A stretch of DNA of 64,000 nt from Elusimicrobiota bacterium. GTDB taxonomy: Bacteria > Elusimicrobiota > Elusimicrobia > UBA1565 > UBA9628. Every line of letters starts with the position of its first letter. Positions within the stretch are counted from its first letter, which is position 1. The notes beneath the pieces were generated by a model. The model saw only the letters and a list, made by a program, of their open reading frames with translations. It had not been told where the DNA came from and ran no database searches. Where the stretch lies: assembly GCA_016194705.1 (NCBI GenBank), contig JACQAZ010000010.1:166-64165 (forward strand), in the 5' to 3' direction. Made by a program: the position numbers and the translations under genes. Below, piece after piece: positions 29,157 through 38,604 of this stretch.

Positions 29157-29785
29157 GGAAGCTGGGCTCTCGCGCGAAACTCGGGAAAAAAGAGCTTCTC
29201 TTCTCCGCGGCCGCATTTGCGGCGGCCCTCGTCGTCAATTATTTTGCCGACGCCTACGTCGAGCGCGTCGGCGAATTGGCCCGGCCTAATCCGGACTCAC
29301 TTCTTCCGCTTCTTCCCTTCATGGACCTGCGCGCGGTCTATCTGTGGGGCGCCGTCGCATTCATCGCGCTTTCGGTCTACGCCGCTGTCTTCCTCGAGCG
29401 TCCGCGGATTGCCTACATAGCGCGCGTCTACGCCGCGCTGATCACCATACGCAGCGGGCTCATGGTGCTGACCCCGATGCACATCCCCGAAGAGGCCCTG
29501 CCTTTGAGCGGCTCAGCGCTCTACGACGGCGCGGGCCGGCTTTTCACGGTGCGCCACGACCTGTTCTTCTCGCTGCACACGGCTTTGCCCTTCCTCGGCT
29601 TCTTGGCCTTCCGCACCGACTGGGTGCGCTGGTCGTGCCTGGCCTTCTCGATTGTGCTGGGCACCACCGTGCTTTTGGGGCGCAACCACTACAGCCTCGA
29701 TGTCGCCGCGGCCTACTTCATCACCTACGCGGTCTACCGTCTGGAGGCCCGTTTCCTCGAGGCGCGGTTTCTGTCCCGGCGCTAG
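29153..29785 (+). CDS. PAP2-superfamily (sphingomyelin/IPC synthase-like) membrane protein; start uncertain
   Basis: HDLFFSLHT and RNHYSLDV resemble D-x-x-F-S-G-H-T and H-Y-x-x-D-V; about 6 TM; no canonical start before the first TM. Confidence 0.75.
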   Translation: MRKLGSRAKLGKKELLFSAAAFAAALVVNYFADAYVERVGELARPNPDSLLPLLPFMDLRAVYLWGAVAFIALSVYAAVFLERPRIAYIARVYAALITIRSGLMVLTPMHIPEEALPLSGSALYDGAGRLFTVRHDLFFSLHTALPFLGFLAFRTDWVRWSCLAFSIVLGTTVLLGRNHYSLDVAAAYFITYAVYRLEARFLEARFLSRR

Positions 29786-31053
29786 AACCCGACCGCTCCT
29801 CCCACGGTCCAGATCCAACCGCCGGCCCAAGGCTGACCCGGCATGTCGCCCTCGGTCTTTCGTCCCACGGTCAGGCTCGCGTCGAATTTCTTGCTCAGGT
29901 TCACGGTCTCGCCCAAGAGCAGCGCCCCGCCCGGCCGTTGAGCTCGCGCGGCGTCTGCCCAGGCTTGCGCTTCGCCGCTCAGTCTCAGCCGGTCTCCCGC
30001 CGCCTTGAGACCGTCGAGCTTGACCGACATCGCCTCGCCCGCCGGACCCCAGCGGGGCGCAAGCGTCGCCGTCGTCCCGCTGGCGGGACTGCGGACGATC
30101 ATGTCGACGACCTGCCACGACCCATGTCCCACGAAGTTCGAGAACCCGCCGGTCCAGTCGAGACCGCCCAGGCGCACGACCGGTCTGCCGAAATCGGCGC
30201 TGCCGCTGAAAAACTGCCAAGCCCCGAAGGCGACGGCCGCCGCGTTCATCGGGTCGAGCGCGCTGGCCCAAAGCCGCCGCAGCGCCTGGCCGGGATCGGC
30301 CCGGTACAGCGCGTCGTTTTCCCCGAGACCGCCTGGGTAACCGCCCGGCACGGCGGCGGCGTCGAGCCGGTAACGGCTTTGGCCCTTGCCGCCGCCGGGC
30401 AAGTTCAGCCCGGCGAGGGAGAGCAGGTCGTTGACCACGAGGGGCCCGAGCCCCGTGTCGGCGGACTTCGCGCTCGAGCCGTCCACGCGGGGAGGGCCGA
30501 GCGCGACGAACGGCAGCGGGGGCTCGGAGGCCCCGGCGAGGATCGCCTCGAGCTCGCTGCCGGTGCCGCGCGGCCGGGGGCCCCCGTCGAAGTCGAACTC
30601 GGTCGGACCGTCGAGTCGACCGAGCATCGCGCGCGCGTCCTCGGCGAGCTCAGGGATTTCTCGCGCTCGCGTGGATGCGGCGAAGCGGCTGCCCCACGGG
30701 TCGCCCAGGATCGCGCCGGCCACCGCGGCCCAGCCGCAAGGGCTCATCGCGCCGGGCGGCTCGAACCAAGGGAATTGATCCGGAGGGATCTCGGCGACTT
30801 TGAGCGCCTTCAAAAGATAGGCGGAGAGGACCTGCTCTTCGGTCCCCGGCTTGAGGTCCTGCAGGACGGCGGTCAAGGCCGCGACCTCGACGGCGTCTAG
30901 AATCCTCGTCTGCGTCGGATACCCCGGATAGCCGAGGCGCCGGTACTCCCAGCCCTTGCCGGTTTCTATGAGGCCGAGCTTCTCGGTCAGCCCCGCGGAG
31001 GCCGACGCGGAGAGAGCGAGGACGATCCCAAGAATCGCGCCGATCGCCTTCAT
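29782..31053 (-). CDS. Hypothetical exported protein, possible outer-membrane beta-barrel
   Basis: Signal peptide ending in ASA; amphipathic strands in the C-terminal half; ends WIWTVGGAVGF; TATCCT-N6-ATG upstream. Confidence 0.65.
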   Translation of the reverse strand: MKAIGAILGIVLALSASASAGLTEKLGLIETGKGWEYRRLGYPGYPTQTRILDAVEVAALTAVLQDLKPGTEEQVLSAYLLKALKVAEIPPDQFPWFEPPGAMSPCGWAAVAGAILGDPWGSRFAASTRAREIPELAEDARAMLGRLDGPTEFDFDGGPRPRGTGSELEAILAGASEPPLPFVALGPPRVDGSSAKSADTGLGPLVVNDLLSLAGLNLPGGGKGQSRYRLDAAAVPGGYPGGLGENDALYRADPGQALRRLWASALDPMNAAAVAFGAWQFFSGSADFGRPVVRLGGLDWTGGFSNFVGHGSWQVVDMIVRSPASGTTATLAPRWGPAGEAMSVKLDGLKAAGDRLRLSGEAQAWADAARAQRPGGALLLGETVNLSKKFDASLTVGRKTEGDMPGQPWAGGWIWTVGGAVGF

Positions 31054-31187
31054 GCTTTGAGGATAGCCGGCCTCGACCCGGAGCTCATGGGGAGAGCGGC
31101 CCCCGACCGGCCGGCGGAAGGCCGTTTCGCGAGATGAGAGAAGGGGCCCAATATTTATCGTTCCTTGATAATGTCGCCGCGCCGGCC

Positions 31188-31216
31188 TTGACAGCGCAGC
31201 GCAGGCCTGTTATAAC
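31188..31216 (+). promoter_or_regulatory. Sigma70 promoter of proC
   Basis: TTGACA-N17-TATAAC. Confidence 0.75.
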
Positions 31217-31282
31217 ATGGGCGAAGCGCCGCCCACCCGAACCGCCGAACGGGGGTTCGGGTTTTCTGTTTTAAGGACAACC

Positions 31283-32107
31283 ATGCTCAACAACAAGAAG
31301 ATCGCCGTGATAGGCGCGGGGAACATGGGCAAGGCCCTCATCGGGGGCATGCTGAGCGCGAAGCTCACCCCGCCCAAGAACATCGTCGCCTCGCGCCGAA
31401 ACGAGGAGGCCTTGAAGGAACTGCGCCGGCGGTGGTCCATACACGCGATCGCCGACAACAAAAAAGCGGTCAAGGGCGCCGACATCGTCATACTCGCGGT
31501 CAAACCGCAGCTGGCCCAGGCCGTGCTCGCCGAGATCGCGCCGGTGGTCGACAAGAAACAACTCATCATCAGCATCATGGCGGGCCTGACCACCACCACG
31601 ATCAACAAGAAGCTTAAAAAGTCCTGTCCCGTCGTGCGCGCGATGCCCAACACGCCGTGCCTGGTCGACGCAGGCGCCACCGCAATCTGCGCGGGAGCGC
31701 ACGCGACCGACAAGGACCTCGCCGCGGCCGAAGCGATCTTCAAGTCTGTCGGCAAAGTCGTGACCTTGCCCGAAACCTCCCTCGACGCCGTGACTGGACT
31801 CTCGGGCTCCGGTCCGGTCTACATCTTCATGGTCATCGAAGCGATGATCGACGGCGGCGTCAAGATGGGCATACCGCGCCCCATCGCAGCACAGCTCGCC
31901 GCGCAAACGGTCTTCGGCGCGGCCAAGCTCGTGCTCGAGACGGGCCGCCACCCCGCCATCCTCAAGGACGAGGTCACCACCCCCGGCGGCTGCGCGATCA
32001 ACGCCATCCACATTCTCGAAAACAAAGGCTTAAGGAGCGTGCTCATTGATGCCATCGTCACTGCAACCAACAGGTCCCAAGAGCTCAGCCGTCTTTACGC
32101 CGACTAA
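31283..32107 (+). CDS. proC: Pyrroline-5-carboxylate reductase
   Basis: IGAGNMG, LAVKPQ, VRAMPNTP, LSGSGP, VTTPGG; AAGGA RBS before ATG 31283. Confidence 0.97.
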   Translation: MLNNKKIAVIGAGNMGKALIGGMLSAKLTPPKNIVASRRNEEALKELRRRWSIHAIADNKKAVKGADIVILAVKPQLAQAVLAEIAPVVDKKQLIISIMAGLTTTTINKKLKKSCPVVRAMPNTPCLVDAGATAICAGAHATDKDLAAAEAIFKSVGKVVTLPETSLDAVTGLSGSGPVYIFMVIEAMIDGGVKMGIPRPIAAQLAAQTVFGAAKLVLETGRHPAILKDEVTTPGGCAINAIHILENKGLRSVLIDAIVTATNRSQELSRLYAD

Positions 32108-32111
32108 AACG

Positions 32112-33260
32112 ATGGACCCAAAGTCACTCGAGAACATCCCGCAGCCGACCCTGGTCACGGCCCGGGAGCATCTCGAGGAGGTCGTCTCGGACCTCAAACG
32201 CGCCACGCGCCTGGCTCTCGACATCGAATCCAACGGCTTCTACGCCTACCGCGAGAAGGTCTGCCTGCTGCAGATCTCCTCGGCGGCCGAGGATTACATT
32301 GTAGACCCCATCGCGGTCGCGGACCTCTCCTGCCTGGGTCCGTTGATGAAGGATCCCGCCATCGAGAAGATCTTCCACGCTGGGGAATACGACGTCCTGT
32401 GCCTCAAGCGCGACTACGGCTTCACCTTCGCCAATCTCTTCGACACGATGATCGCAAGTCGCCTCTTGGGGATCAAGGAGCTTGGGCTAGCCGCGCTCAT
32501 CGAGCGGCATTTCGGGCTCAAGCTCTCGAAGAAGCTCCAGCGCGCCGACTGGGGACAACGGCCTATGACCCACGCCCAGATCCGCTACGCCCAGCTCGAC
32601 ACCCACTTCTTGATCGCGCTCGCCGACATCCTCAAGGAGCAGCTCAATCTCAAGGGACGCCACGAGGACGCCTCCGAGGCCTTCGTCGAGCTGACCGCCG
32701 TCGAGCCCAACGAGAAGGTCTTCGATCCCGAGGGCTACTGGAGGCTGGCGGCCCGACAGAAGCTCTCGGGCCCCCAGATCGCCTGCCTGCGCGAAATCTA
32801 CCATTTCCGCGAGGAGCAGGCGCAATCCCGCGATCGAGCCCATTTCCGCGTCATGGCCGACGAACTCATGCTGCGCGTGGCCCACGCCATGCCCGCAACG
32901 ATGGGAGAGCTCGGCCAGGTCCGCGGGATGACGCCCTATCTGCTCTCAAAATTCGGACACGCGCTCCTCAAGGCCGTCTCGCGCGGGCGGGAGAGCGAGC
33001 CGCCCTCGCAAGAGCCCCGCCCCCGAGCGCGCCGAGACATGCGCGAGCTTAAAATTTTCGAGGCCTTGCGGCAGTGGCGGAAAGGCCAGGCTTCGACGGA
33101 AGGCGTCGAGCCGGTCGTCATCATGTCGAGCGAAGTCCTTCGCGAGATCGCCCGCTCGGCCGTCGAGACCGAGGCGGACCCGCTGGGGAAGCTGAGTTCG
33201 CTCAAGCGCGGGCGCTACGGCGAGGCCCTGGAGCGGGTCCTTAAGAGCGCGGGGCGCTAA
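32112..33260 (+). CDS. rnd: Ribonuclease D (3'-5' exonuclease with HRDC domains)
   Basis: ALDIES, CLLQIS, IFHAGEYD, FDTMIA, RADWGQRP, YAQLD; two HRDC-like segments. Confidence 0.9.
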   Translation: MDPKSLENIPQPTLVTAREHLEEVVSDLKRATRLALDIESNGFYAYREKVCLLQISSAAEDYIVDPIAVADLSCLGPLMKDPAIEKIFHAGEYDVLCLKRDYGFTFANLFDTMIASRLLGIKELGLAALIERHFGLKLSKKLQRADWGQRPMTHAQIRYAQLDTHFLIALADILKEQLNLKGRHEDASEAFVELTAVEPNEKVFDPEGYWRLAARQKLSGPQIACLREIYHFREEQAQSRDRAHFRVMADELMLRVAHAMPATMGELGQVRGMTPYLLSKFGHALLKAVSRGRESEPPSQEPRPRARRDMRELKIFEALRQWRKGQASTEGVEPVVIMSSEVLREIARSAVETEADPLGKLSSLKRGRYGEALERVLKSAGR

Positions 33261-34735
33261 AACGGGCCCGCGGACCGGGCCGGGGTGTAGCCGTGCAGCT
33301 CGCGCAGAGTCTTGAAGACCCCGGGGCCCGCGCTGATCTCCACGTCGTCGGCCGTGAACTGGCAGGGATGCTCGTAGCCGCAGGCGTGCGTGACGGCCAT
33401 GAGCTCGTTGCGAAACGACTGGCAGAAGCGCGCGAACCGCAGCGACTGGACCGCGGGCGAAAGGCCCCGTTGAAGCCACTTATTATGCGTCGTGACTCCC
33501 GTGGGGCAGCGGTCCGAGTGGCACTTCTGGGCTTGGATGCAGCCGATGGAAAGCATCGCCTCGCGCGCGATGTTGACCAGGTCGCAGCCGAGGCAAAAGG
33601 CCACGATGGCCCGGTCCGGGAAGCCCATCTTCGCGCTTCCGATCCACACGACCTTCTCCGCCATGCCCTCTTCGAGGAATAACTGGTAGACCCGCGGGAA
33701 GCCCACGCGGAAAGGCAAGGAAACATGATCGGCGAAGGTCAAGGGAGCGGCCCCGGTGCCGCCCTCGCCGCCGTCGATGGTGATCCAATCCGGCCCGCGT
33801 CCGGTCTGCTTCATGGCCGAGGCCAAATCCTTCCAGAAACCAAGTTGTCCCACGGCCGATTTGATCCCGACGGGCAGGCCCGTCTCTTTGGCGATGATCT
33901 CGATGAAGTCGATGAGTCCGCGCACGTCCTTGAAGGCCGAGTGGGAATTGGGGCTGATGCAGTCGACGCCGACGCGTACCCCGCGGATGGCCGCGATCTC
34001 GGGGGTCACTTTCTTGCCGGGCAAGACGCCGCCCTTGCCCGGCTTGGCTCCTTGGGAAAGCTTGAGCTCGATGCCGCGCACGCAAGGCGCTCCCGCCAAA
34101 GTCTCAAGCAGCTTCTCCATCGAGAAGCGGCCCTCTAAGTCGCGGCAGCCGAAATAGCCCGTGCCGATCTGATAGATGAGGTCGGCTCCCATCTTGTGGT
34201 AGGGCGAGATGCCGCCCTCGCCGGTGTTGTGCCAGCAGCCCGCGACCTTGGCCCCCTTGTTGAGGGCCTCAACGGCGGGTGCGGACAACGAACCGAAAGA
34301 CATCGCCGAGATGTTGACGATCGAGGGCGGCCGCCAGGCCTTGGCCCGGCCGTGGACCTCGCCCAGGACCTTGGCGCAGGGCAGCTCGAGCAGCTTGTCG
34401 TGGATCGAGGCCGTGAAGCTGACCTCGCCGTAGGGAAAGACCGCGTGCTTGATGATGGGATAGCCGATGCCCAGGATTTGATCGTCGGTGCCGAAGCCGA
34501 AGTAGTTGTTCTGGCCGCGCGCCGAACGGTAGATCCAGTCGCGCTCCTCGCGGTTGAACGGCAGCTCCTCGTGGTTGCCGGCGACGATGTACTGCCTCAG
34601 CTCCGGCCCGAGCTCGATGAGCAGGTAGCGCAGGTGCCCGACGATGGGGAAATTGCGCAGGACGTTGTCGTCCGAGATGAACAGATCGTGGACGAGAAGC
34701 GCGCCCAAGGCGGCCAAAGACAGCCACAAGAGCAT
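33257..34735 (-). CDS. FMN-binding glutamate synthase family protein
   Basis: NISAMSFGSLS, NTGEGG, KLSQGAKPGKGG, IDGGEGGTGAAP, GCIQAQKCH..RCPTGV. Confidence 0.93.
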   Translation of the reverse strand: MLLWLSLAALGALLVHDLFISDDNVLRNFPIVGHLRYLLIELGPELRQYIVAGNHEELPFNREERDWIYRSARGQNNYFGFGTDDQILGIGYPIIKHAVFPYGEVSFTASIHDKLLELPCAKVLGEVHGRAKAWRPPSIVNISAMSFGSLSAPAVEALNKGAKVAGCWHNTGEGGISPYHKMGADLIYQIGTGYFGCRDLEGRFSMEKLLETLAGAPCVRGIELKLSQGAKPGKGGVLPGKKVTPEIAAIRGVRVGVDCISPNSHSAFKDVRGLIDFIEIIAKETGLPVGIKSAVGQLGFWKDLASAMKQTGRGPDWITIDGGEGGTGAAPLTFADHVSLPFRVGFPRVYQLFLEEGMAEKVVWIGSAKMGFPDRAIVAFCLGCDLVNIAREAMLSIGCIQAQKCHSDRCPTGVTTHNKWLQRGLSPAVQSLRFARFCQSFRNELMAVTHACGYEHPCQFTADDVEISAGPGVFKTLRELHGYTPARSAGPF

Positions 34736-34748
34736 GGGCGGGGGTCCT

Positions 34749-35180
34749 TTACCAGGCCGGAGGCTTGCCTGTCATCGGGGGCTTGGTTTTTAGCAGCATG
34801 TGCAAAGTCATGCCCAGCGCCATCGCGTTGACGGGTTTCTCGTAGTAGCCCTTGACGTTGGGCTCCTTGCGCAGCTGCTCCTCGTTATTGCGTTCTCCGC
34901 CGTGGCCGGTCACGATGAGCACCGGGATGCCGGAAGTTGAGCCTGTCTGAAGCATGCGGACGATCTGCACGCCGTGGAATTTCGGCAGCATCATGTCCAG
35001 CATGATAAGGTCGGGCGCGAGGCTCTGCGCCTTGTCGAGCCCCTGCTGCCCGTCGAACGCGGTCGCGCAGCGGAAGCCCTCCCTCTTGAGGATGGTCTCC
35101 ATGAGCTCGCGCGAGCTCTCATCGTCCTCGATGACGAGGATGAGCTTGTCGCCGGCGGGCGCGAGTCCTCCTTCGGCCAT
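34749..35180 (-). CDS. Single-domain response regulator (receiver)
   Basis: ILVIEDD, PDLIMLDMMLP, VTG, EKP. Confidence 0.92.
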   Translation of the reverse strand: MAEGGLAPAGDKLILVIEDDESSRELMETILKREGFRCATAFDGQQGLDKAQSLAPDLIMLDMMLPKFHGVQIVRMLQTGSTSGIPVLIVTGHGGERNNEEQLRKEPNVKGYYEKPVNAMALGMTLHMLLKTKPPMTGKPPAW

Positions 35181-35210
35181 GCCCCATTACACCATTTGGG
35201 GCGGGCTCGT

Positions 35211-36926
35211 TCAAGACGGGTTTTTGAGGCGCACCGAGGCGCGGTAGACCAGCAGCCCGACGGCGGTAAAGCCCGCGCAGATCCACAGCAAAGCAGGTCC
35301 CGTGCCGGCGTAGTCGAGCAGCCACCCCAGACCCAAGGACACCAAAGCCGTACCCGCGATAAACAGGCCGTTGAGAAAGCTCATGACGCCTGGCTGCTCC
35401 TTTTGAGAGACCGCGCGCTGGACGTCGCTGTCGAGGCTCAGCTGGCTGGCCGCCCAGGTCGAGCTGAAGACGAAGATCGCGGGAACGAGCAGCCCGAGAG
35501 CCAGGGCGATCGGCAGGTGGAGGCCGGCCAGTGGGAGCATCCAGCCCGCGAGCAGGCCGAAAGCGCCCCAGCGCACCCAGGCGGAAGGCCCCGGGTAGCG
35601 TTGAGAGCGCTTGAGGATCAAAGAGGCGCCTCCGAGCTCGCCGAAATTCGAGGCCGTCAGCAGGACCGCTGCCAAGGCGCCCGCGCCGAGCAAGGTCTTG
35701 GCGTAGACCGGCAGCAGAAGATTCTCGAAGACGCGGTGGATGATCTGCGGCAGGACCATGGCCGCGGCCAGCCAACGGAAGCGGCGGTCGGTCAGGACTT
35801 TCTTGGCCCCCTTGAAGACATCGCCCCAGGAAGCCGAGTCCTCGTCGACGGTCTGGGCGGAGACCGGCTTGCGCACCTTCCAGAGCAGAAAGGCGGATAT
35901 GAGATAGGCGGGCGGCTGGATGAGCATCGCGTAGAGAGGCCCCACAAGCGCGATCATGGCGCCGCCTAAAGCCGAGCCGATCACGCCCGCGGTCTCGTAG
36001 CGCCGGTGCATGCGCGCGTTATACACGCGCAGGGCCTCCTCGTCGTGACCGAGCAGAAGGGACGGCATCAGGCGTCGACAGGTGTCGGCCACGCCGATGG
36101 CCGCGCCGATGAGGCCGTAGACCGGGAAGACCAGGCTCGCGGTCACCGCGTGCGCCGCGGCCAGTGCCAGCAGGCCGCCGACGAGAACGCCCTGGGCGAG
36201 CACGCTGGCGGCGAGCACCTTGCTCGCGGGGAATCGGCGCAGCAAGGGCGGAGTCAGAGCACCCCCGACGGCCTGTGCGAGTTGATAGACGATGAGCAGG
36301 CCCGCCACCATAGTCGCCCCGCCCAGGCTCTTCATGACGAGAAGGGGGAAGCTCAAGGTCACGACCTCGGCGCCAACCTTGTAGGCGGGCGTGCCCCACA
36401 TCATGAGCTTGACGTCGCGCTGCCGTTCGGGCGAGAGCGGGGCGGACTTACTCGACTGCAGACCAGATGTGTGGGGGGCCTCCTCGGGCAGCGCTGCGGC
36501 GACAGAGGGCACTGCCTCGGGAGCGCCGCCCTGCAAGAGCCTGATCTCTCCCTCGGAGCTCTGAGCTCCGATTTCACCCGAGACGCGGCCCGAGTTTTCG
36601 ATGTCGCCTGCGACCGTTTCGGCGATGGGTTCAAGCCGCGACGCGAGAGCCGCCTGGGGCGTTTCGGCACCGGCGCCCGGCAAGACAGCCTGCGGACCGG
36701 CGAGACCCGTGCTGACTTGGCCGGGCAGGACGGCATCGGCCGCGGCGTCAAGGGAGGGAATATTCGGCAAAACCGGGACGGTGTTCGCGCCGATCTCGGG
36801 GAGCTCGATCTTTGGAACCGGGGAGGTCGGGCGCGCGGCGGACGGCAGACGTCCCTCCGGCAGGCGTTCGAAGGAGGCGGCCAAAGCCGGCTGGGCGGCG
36901 ACGAGGATCTCCAGGAGAATGCGCAT
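35211..36926 (-). CDS. MFS transporter with long N-terminal low-complexity extension
   Basis: About 12 TM helices from residue ~170 onward; the first ~170 aa are a signal-like sequence plus a Pro/Ala/Glu-rich linker. Confidence 0.8.
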   Translation of the reverse strand: MRILLEILVAAQPALAASFERLPEGRLPSAARPTSPVPKIELPEIGANTVPVLPNIPSLDAAADAVLPGQVSTGLAGPQAVLPGAGAETPQAALASRLEPIAETVAGDIENSGRVSGEIGAQSSEGEIRLLQGGAPEAVPSVAAALPEEAPHTSGLQSSKSAPLSPERQRDVKLMMWGTPAYKVGAEVVTLSFPLLVMKSLGGATMVAGLLIVYQLAQAVGGALTPPLLRRFPASKVLAASVLAQGVLVGGLLALAAAHAVTASLVFPVYGLIGAAIGVADTCRRLMPSLLLGHDEEALRVYNARMHRRYETAGVIGSALGGAMIALVGPLYAMLIQPPAYLISAFLLWKVRKPVSAQTVDEDSASWGDVFKGAKKVLTDRRFRWLAAAMVLPQIIHRVFENLLLPVYAKTLLGAGALAAVLLTASNFGELGGASLILKRSQRYPGPSAWVRWGAFGLLAGWMLPLAGLHLPIALALGLLVPAIFVFSSTWAASQLSLDSDVQRAVSQKEQPGVMSFLNGLFIAGTALVSLGLGWLLDYAGTGPALLWICAGFTAVGLLVYRASVRLKNPS

Positions 36927-37003
36927 ATGACTATTTTAAGGAATAGCCGCCGGAAGCGACTACGGCCCTAGGACCTAGGGCGCCGCGGGCTTAGGGCCCA
37001 GGC

Positions 37004-37477
37004 TTACGGCATCAGCTTGACGATCAGGTCTTTGGCTTGGGGGAATTGCGCGAGGAGGCGGGCCTTGTCGCCGATCTCGAAGTCCGCGAAATCGAAGCCC
37101 GGCGCCACAGTGCAGCCGATCAGGCAGAAATCGCTCTCATCCTCGGGATAGGCCCCGAACCAGGTGCCGGCCGTGATCACATGCTGGAGTTGGCATCCCG
37201 AGCCGACGTCGTGGCCGAGGCGGACGATCTCGACGCGACCATTGGGGGAGATCTTGACGAGGACCAGCGGTCCGCCTAGGTAAAAATGAAACAGCTCGTC
37301 CCACTTGAGGCGGTGCAGGCGCGAGCGTGTCCCTTTAGGCAGAAGGTAATAGATCGCCGTCGAGAAATTGCGGTCGAGCTCCTTGATCTTGCCCGCGGCG
37401 CGATGAGTTTCCTTATAATAGCCGCCTTCGGGGTGAGGCTGCATGCCGTACAGCTTCACCAACTCGTCAGCGGTCAC
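37004..37477 (-). CDS. Cupin domain protein (DUF985/Cupin_5)
   Basis: PHPEGGYY, STAIYYLL, HRL...E.FHFY.G, CTVAPGFDFADFE. Confidence 0.92.
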   Translation of the reverse strand: MTADELVKLYGMQPHPEGGYYKETHRAAGKIKELDRNFSTAIYYLLPKGTRSRLHRLKWDELFHFYLGGPLVLVKISPNGRVEIVRLGHDVGSGCQLQHVITAGTWFGAYPEDESDFCLIGCTVAPGFDFADFEIGDKARLLAQFPQAKDLIVKLMP

Positions 37478-37478
37478 C

Positions 37479-38198
37479 CTAGTCCTTGAGCCGGAACTGC
37501 ATCGGGACCTTCATGCCCACGGCCCGAGGACCTGAGGAGTCCCGAGCTGGGGAGAAGCGCATCAAGAGCGCGACCTTCTGGGCCGCCGCGCCGAAATCGT
37601 CGCTGTCGGCGTGGACGATTTCCGAGCCGCCGACGATGCCGTCGACGCCGATGTGGATCTTGAGCAGGACGTCGCCCTCGCGGCCGGCGCGGCGCTCGCT
37701 CTCGGGGTAGAACTTGCGCAGCATGGCCAGCAGCTCATCCTTATTGAGGAGCTTGGGCATCTCCAAAAGCGGCGCGCCCCCGTCGCCGGTGCCGGTAGGG
37801 GTGCCGTACGGGGATTTCCCATCGATGCCGCCCGGCAGGGGAGAAATACCGGCGCCGCCGGTGACGCCGCCCGGAGTCGCGGGGCTTTCCGGTTGTTTCT
37901 CGACTTTCTTCGTTTCGGGAGTGCTCGCGGTCCAGTCCTTGGCCGGTTCCACCGGCTTTGTCGCGTCGACCGGCTTGTCAGGCTCCACAGGCAAAGGGAT
38001 CCCCTTGGCGTCCTGGATTTTCGCCTTGGGAGGAGCCAGCCTCGCGGGTCCCGTGCCGAGGAAGGGGCTCGTGATCTCGACTTCGACGGGCGGCCGTACC
38101 CAGAATGAAGGGAGGCCTCGTGCGATCAGGAAGAACAGCGCGTGCAGGACCGCGGAGGCGGCCAGCGCCTGCCGCATGTTCGGGATTCCTTCATTCAC
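37479..38198 (-). CDS. tonB: TonB-family energy transducer
   Basis: N-terminal TM with SAVLH (SxxxH), Pro-rich linker, C-terminal YPESERRAGREGDV...FSPA. Confidence 0.88.
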   Translation of the reverse strand: MNEGIPNMRQALAASAVLHALFFLIARGLPSFWVRPPVEVEITSPFLGTGPARLAPPKAKIQDAKGIPLPVEPDKPVDATKPVEPAKDWTASTPETKKVEKQPESPATPGGVTGGAGISPLPGGIDGKSPYGTPTGTGDGGAPLLEMPKLLNKDELLAMLRKFYPESERRAGREGDVLLKIHIGVDGIVGGSEIVHADSDDFGAAAQKVALLMRFSPARDSSGPRAVGMKVPMQFRLKD

Positions 38199-38599
38199 TT
38201 TCTCGAGACCTCGAGGCCTATCTTTCTGACACCGGCGCCGCGCACGAGATCCAGGACGCCCACGATGTCCCCGTAGGGGATCGTCTTGTCCGCCGAGAGC
38301 GTCACGTGCAGGTCAGGGTCGGCCCGGGTGCCCGCGGCCAGCAGGCTCTTGAGCTCATCGGAGGACAGCTTCTTGCCCTCGAGAATAAGCTCGCGCTTGG
38401 CGTTGTAGACGATCGACTTGGCCTCGGTCGCCGCGCGGTCGTGGTGGGCGGCCTTGGGAACGTCGACCTTGATCGCTCGTCTTGCGATGATCGGGGCGGT
38501 GGCCATGAAGATGATGAGCACGACAAGGATGATGTCGACGAACGGCGTCACGTTGATCGCGGTGATGGGGCCGTCGTTGTTTCCCGATGCGGTGGCCAT
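38195..38599 (-). CDS. exbD: Biopolymer transport protein ExbD/TolR
   Basis: INVTPFVDIILVVLIIFMAT, VDVP.A, AD..IPYG. Confidence 0.93.
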   Translation of the reverse strand: MATASGNNDGPITAINVTPFVDIILVVLIIFMATAPIIARRAIKVDVPKAAHHDRAATEAKSIVYNAKRELILEGKKLSSDELKSLLAAGTRADPDLHVTLSADKTIPYGDIVGVLDLVRGAGVRKIGLEVSRK

Positions 38600-38604
38600 G
38601 GGAG

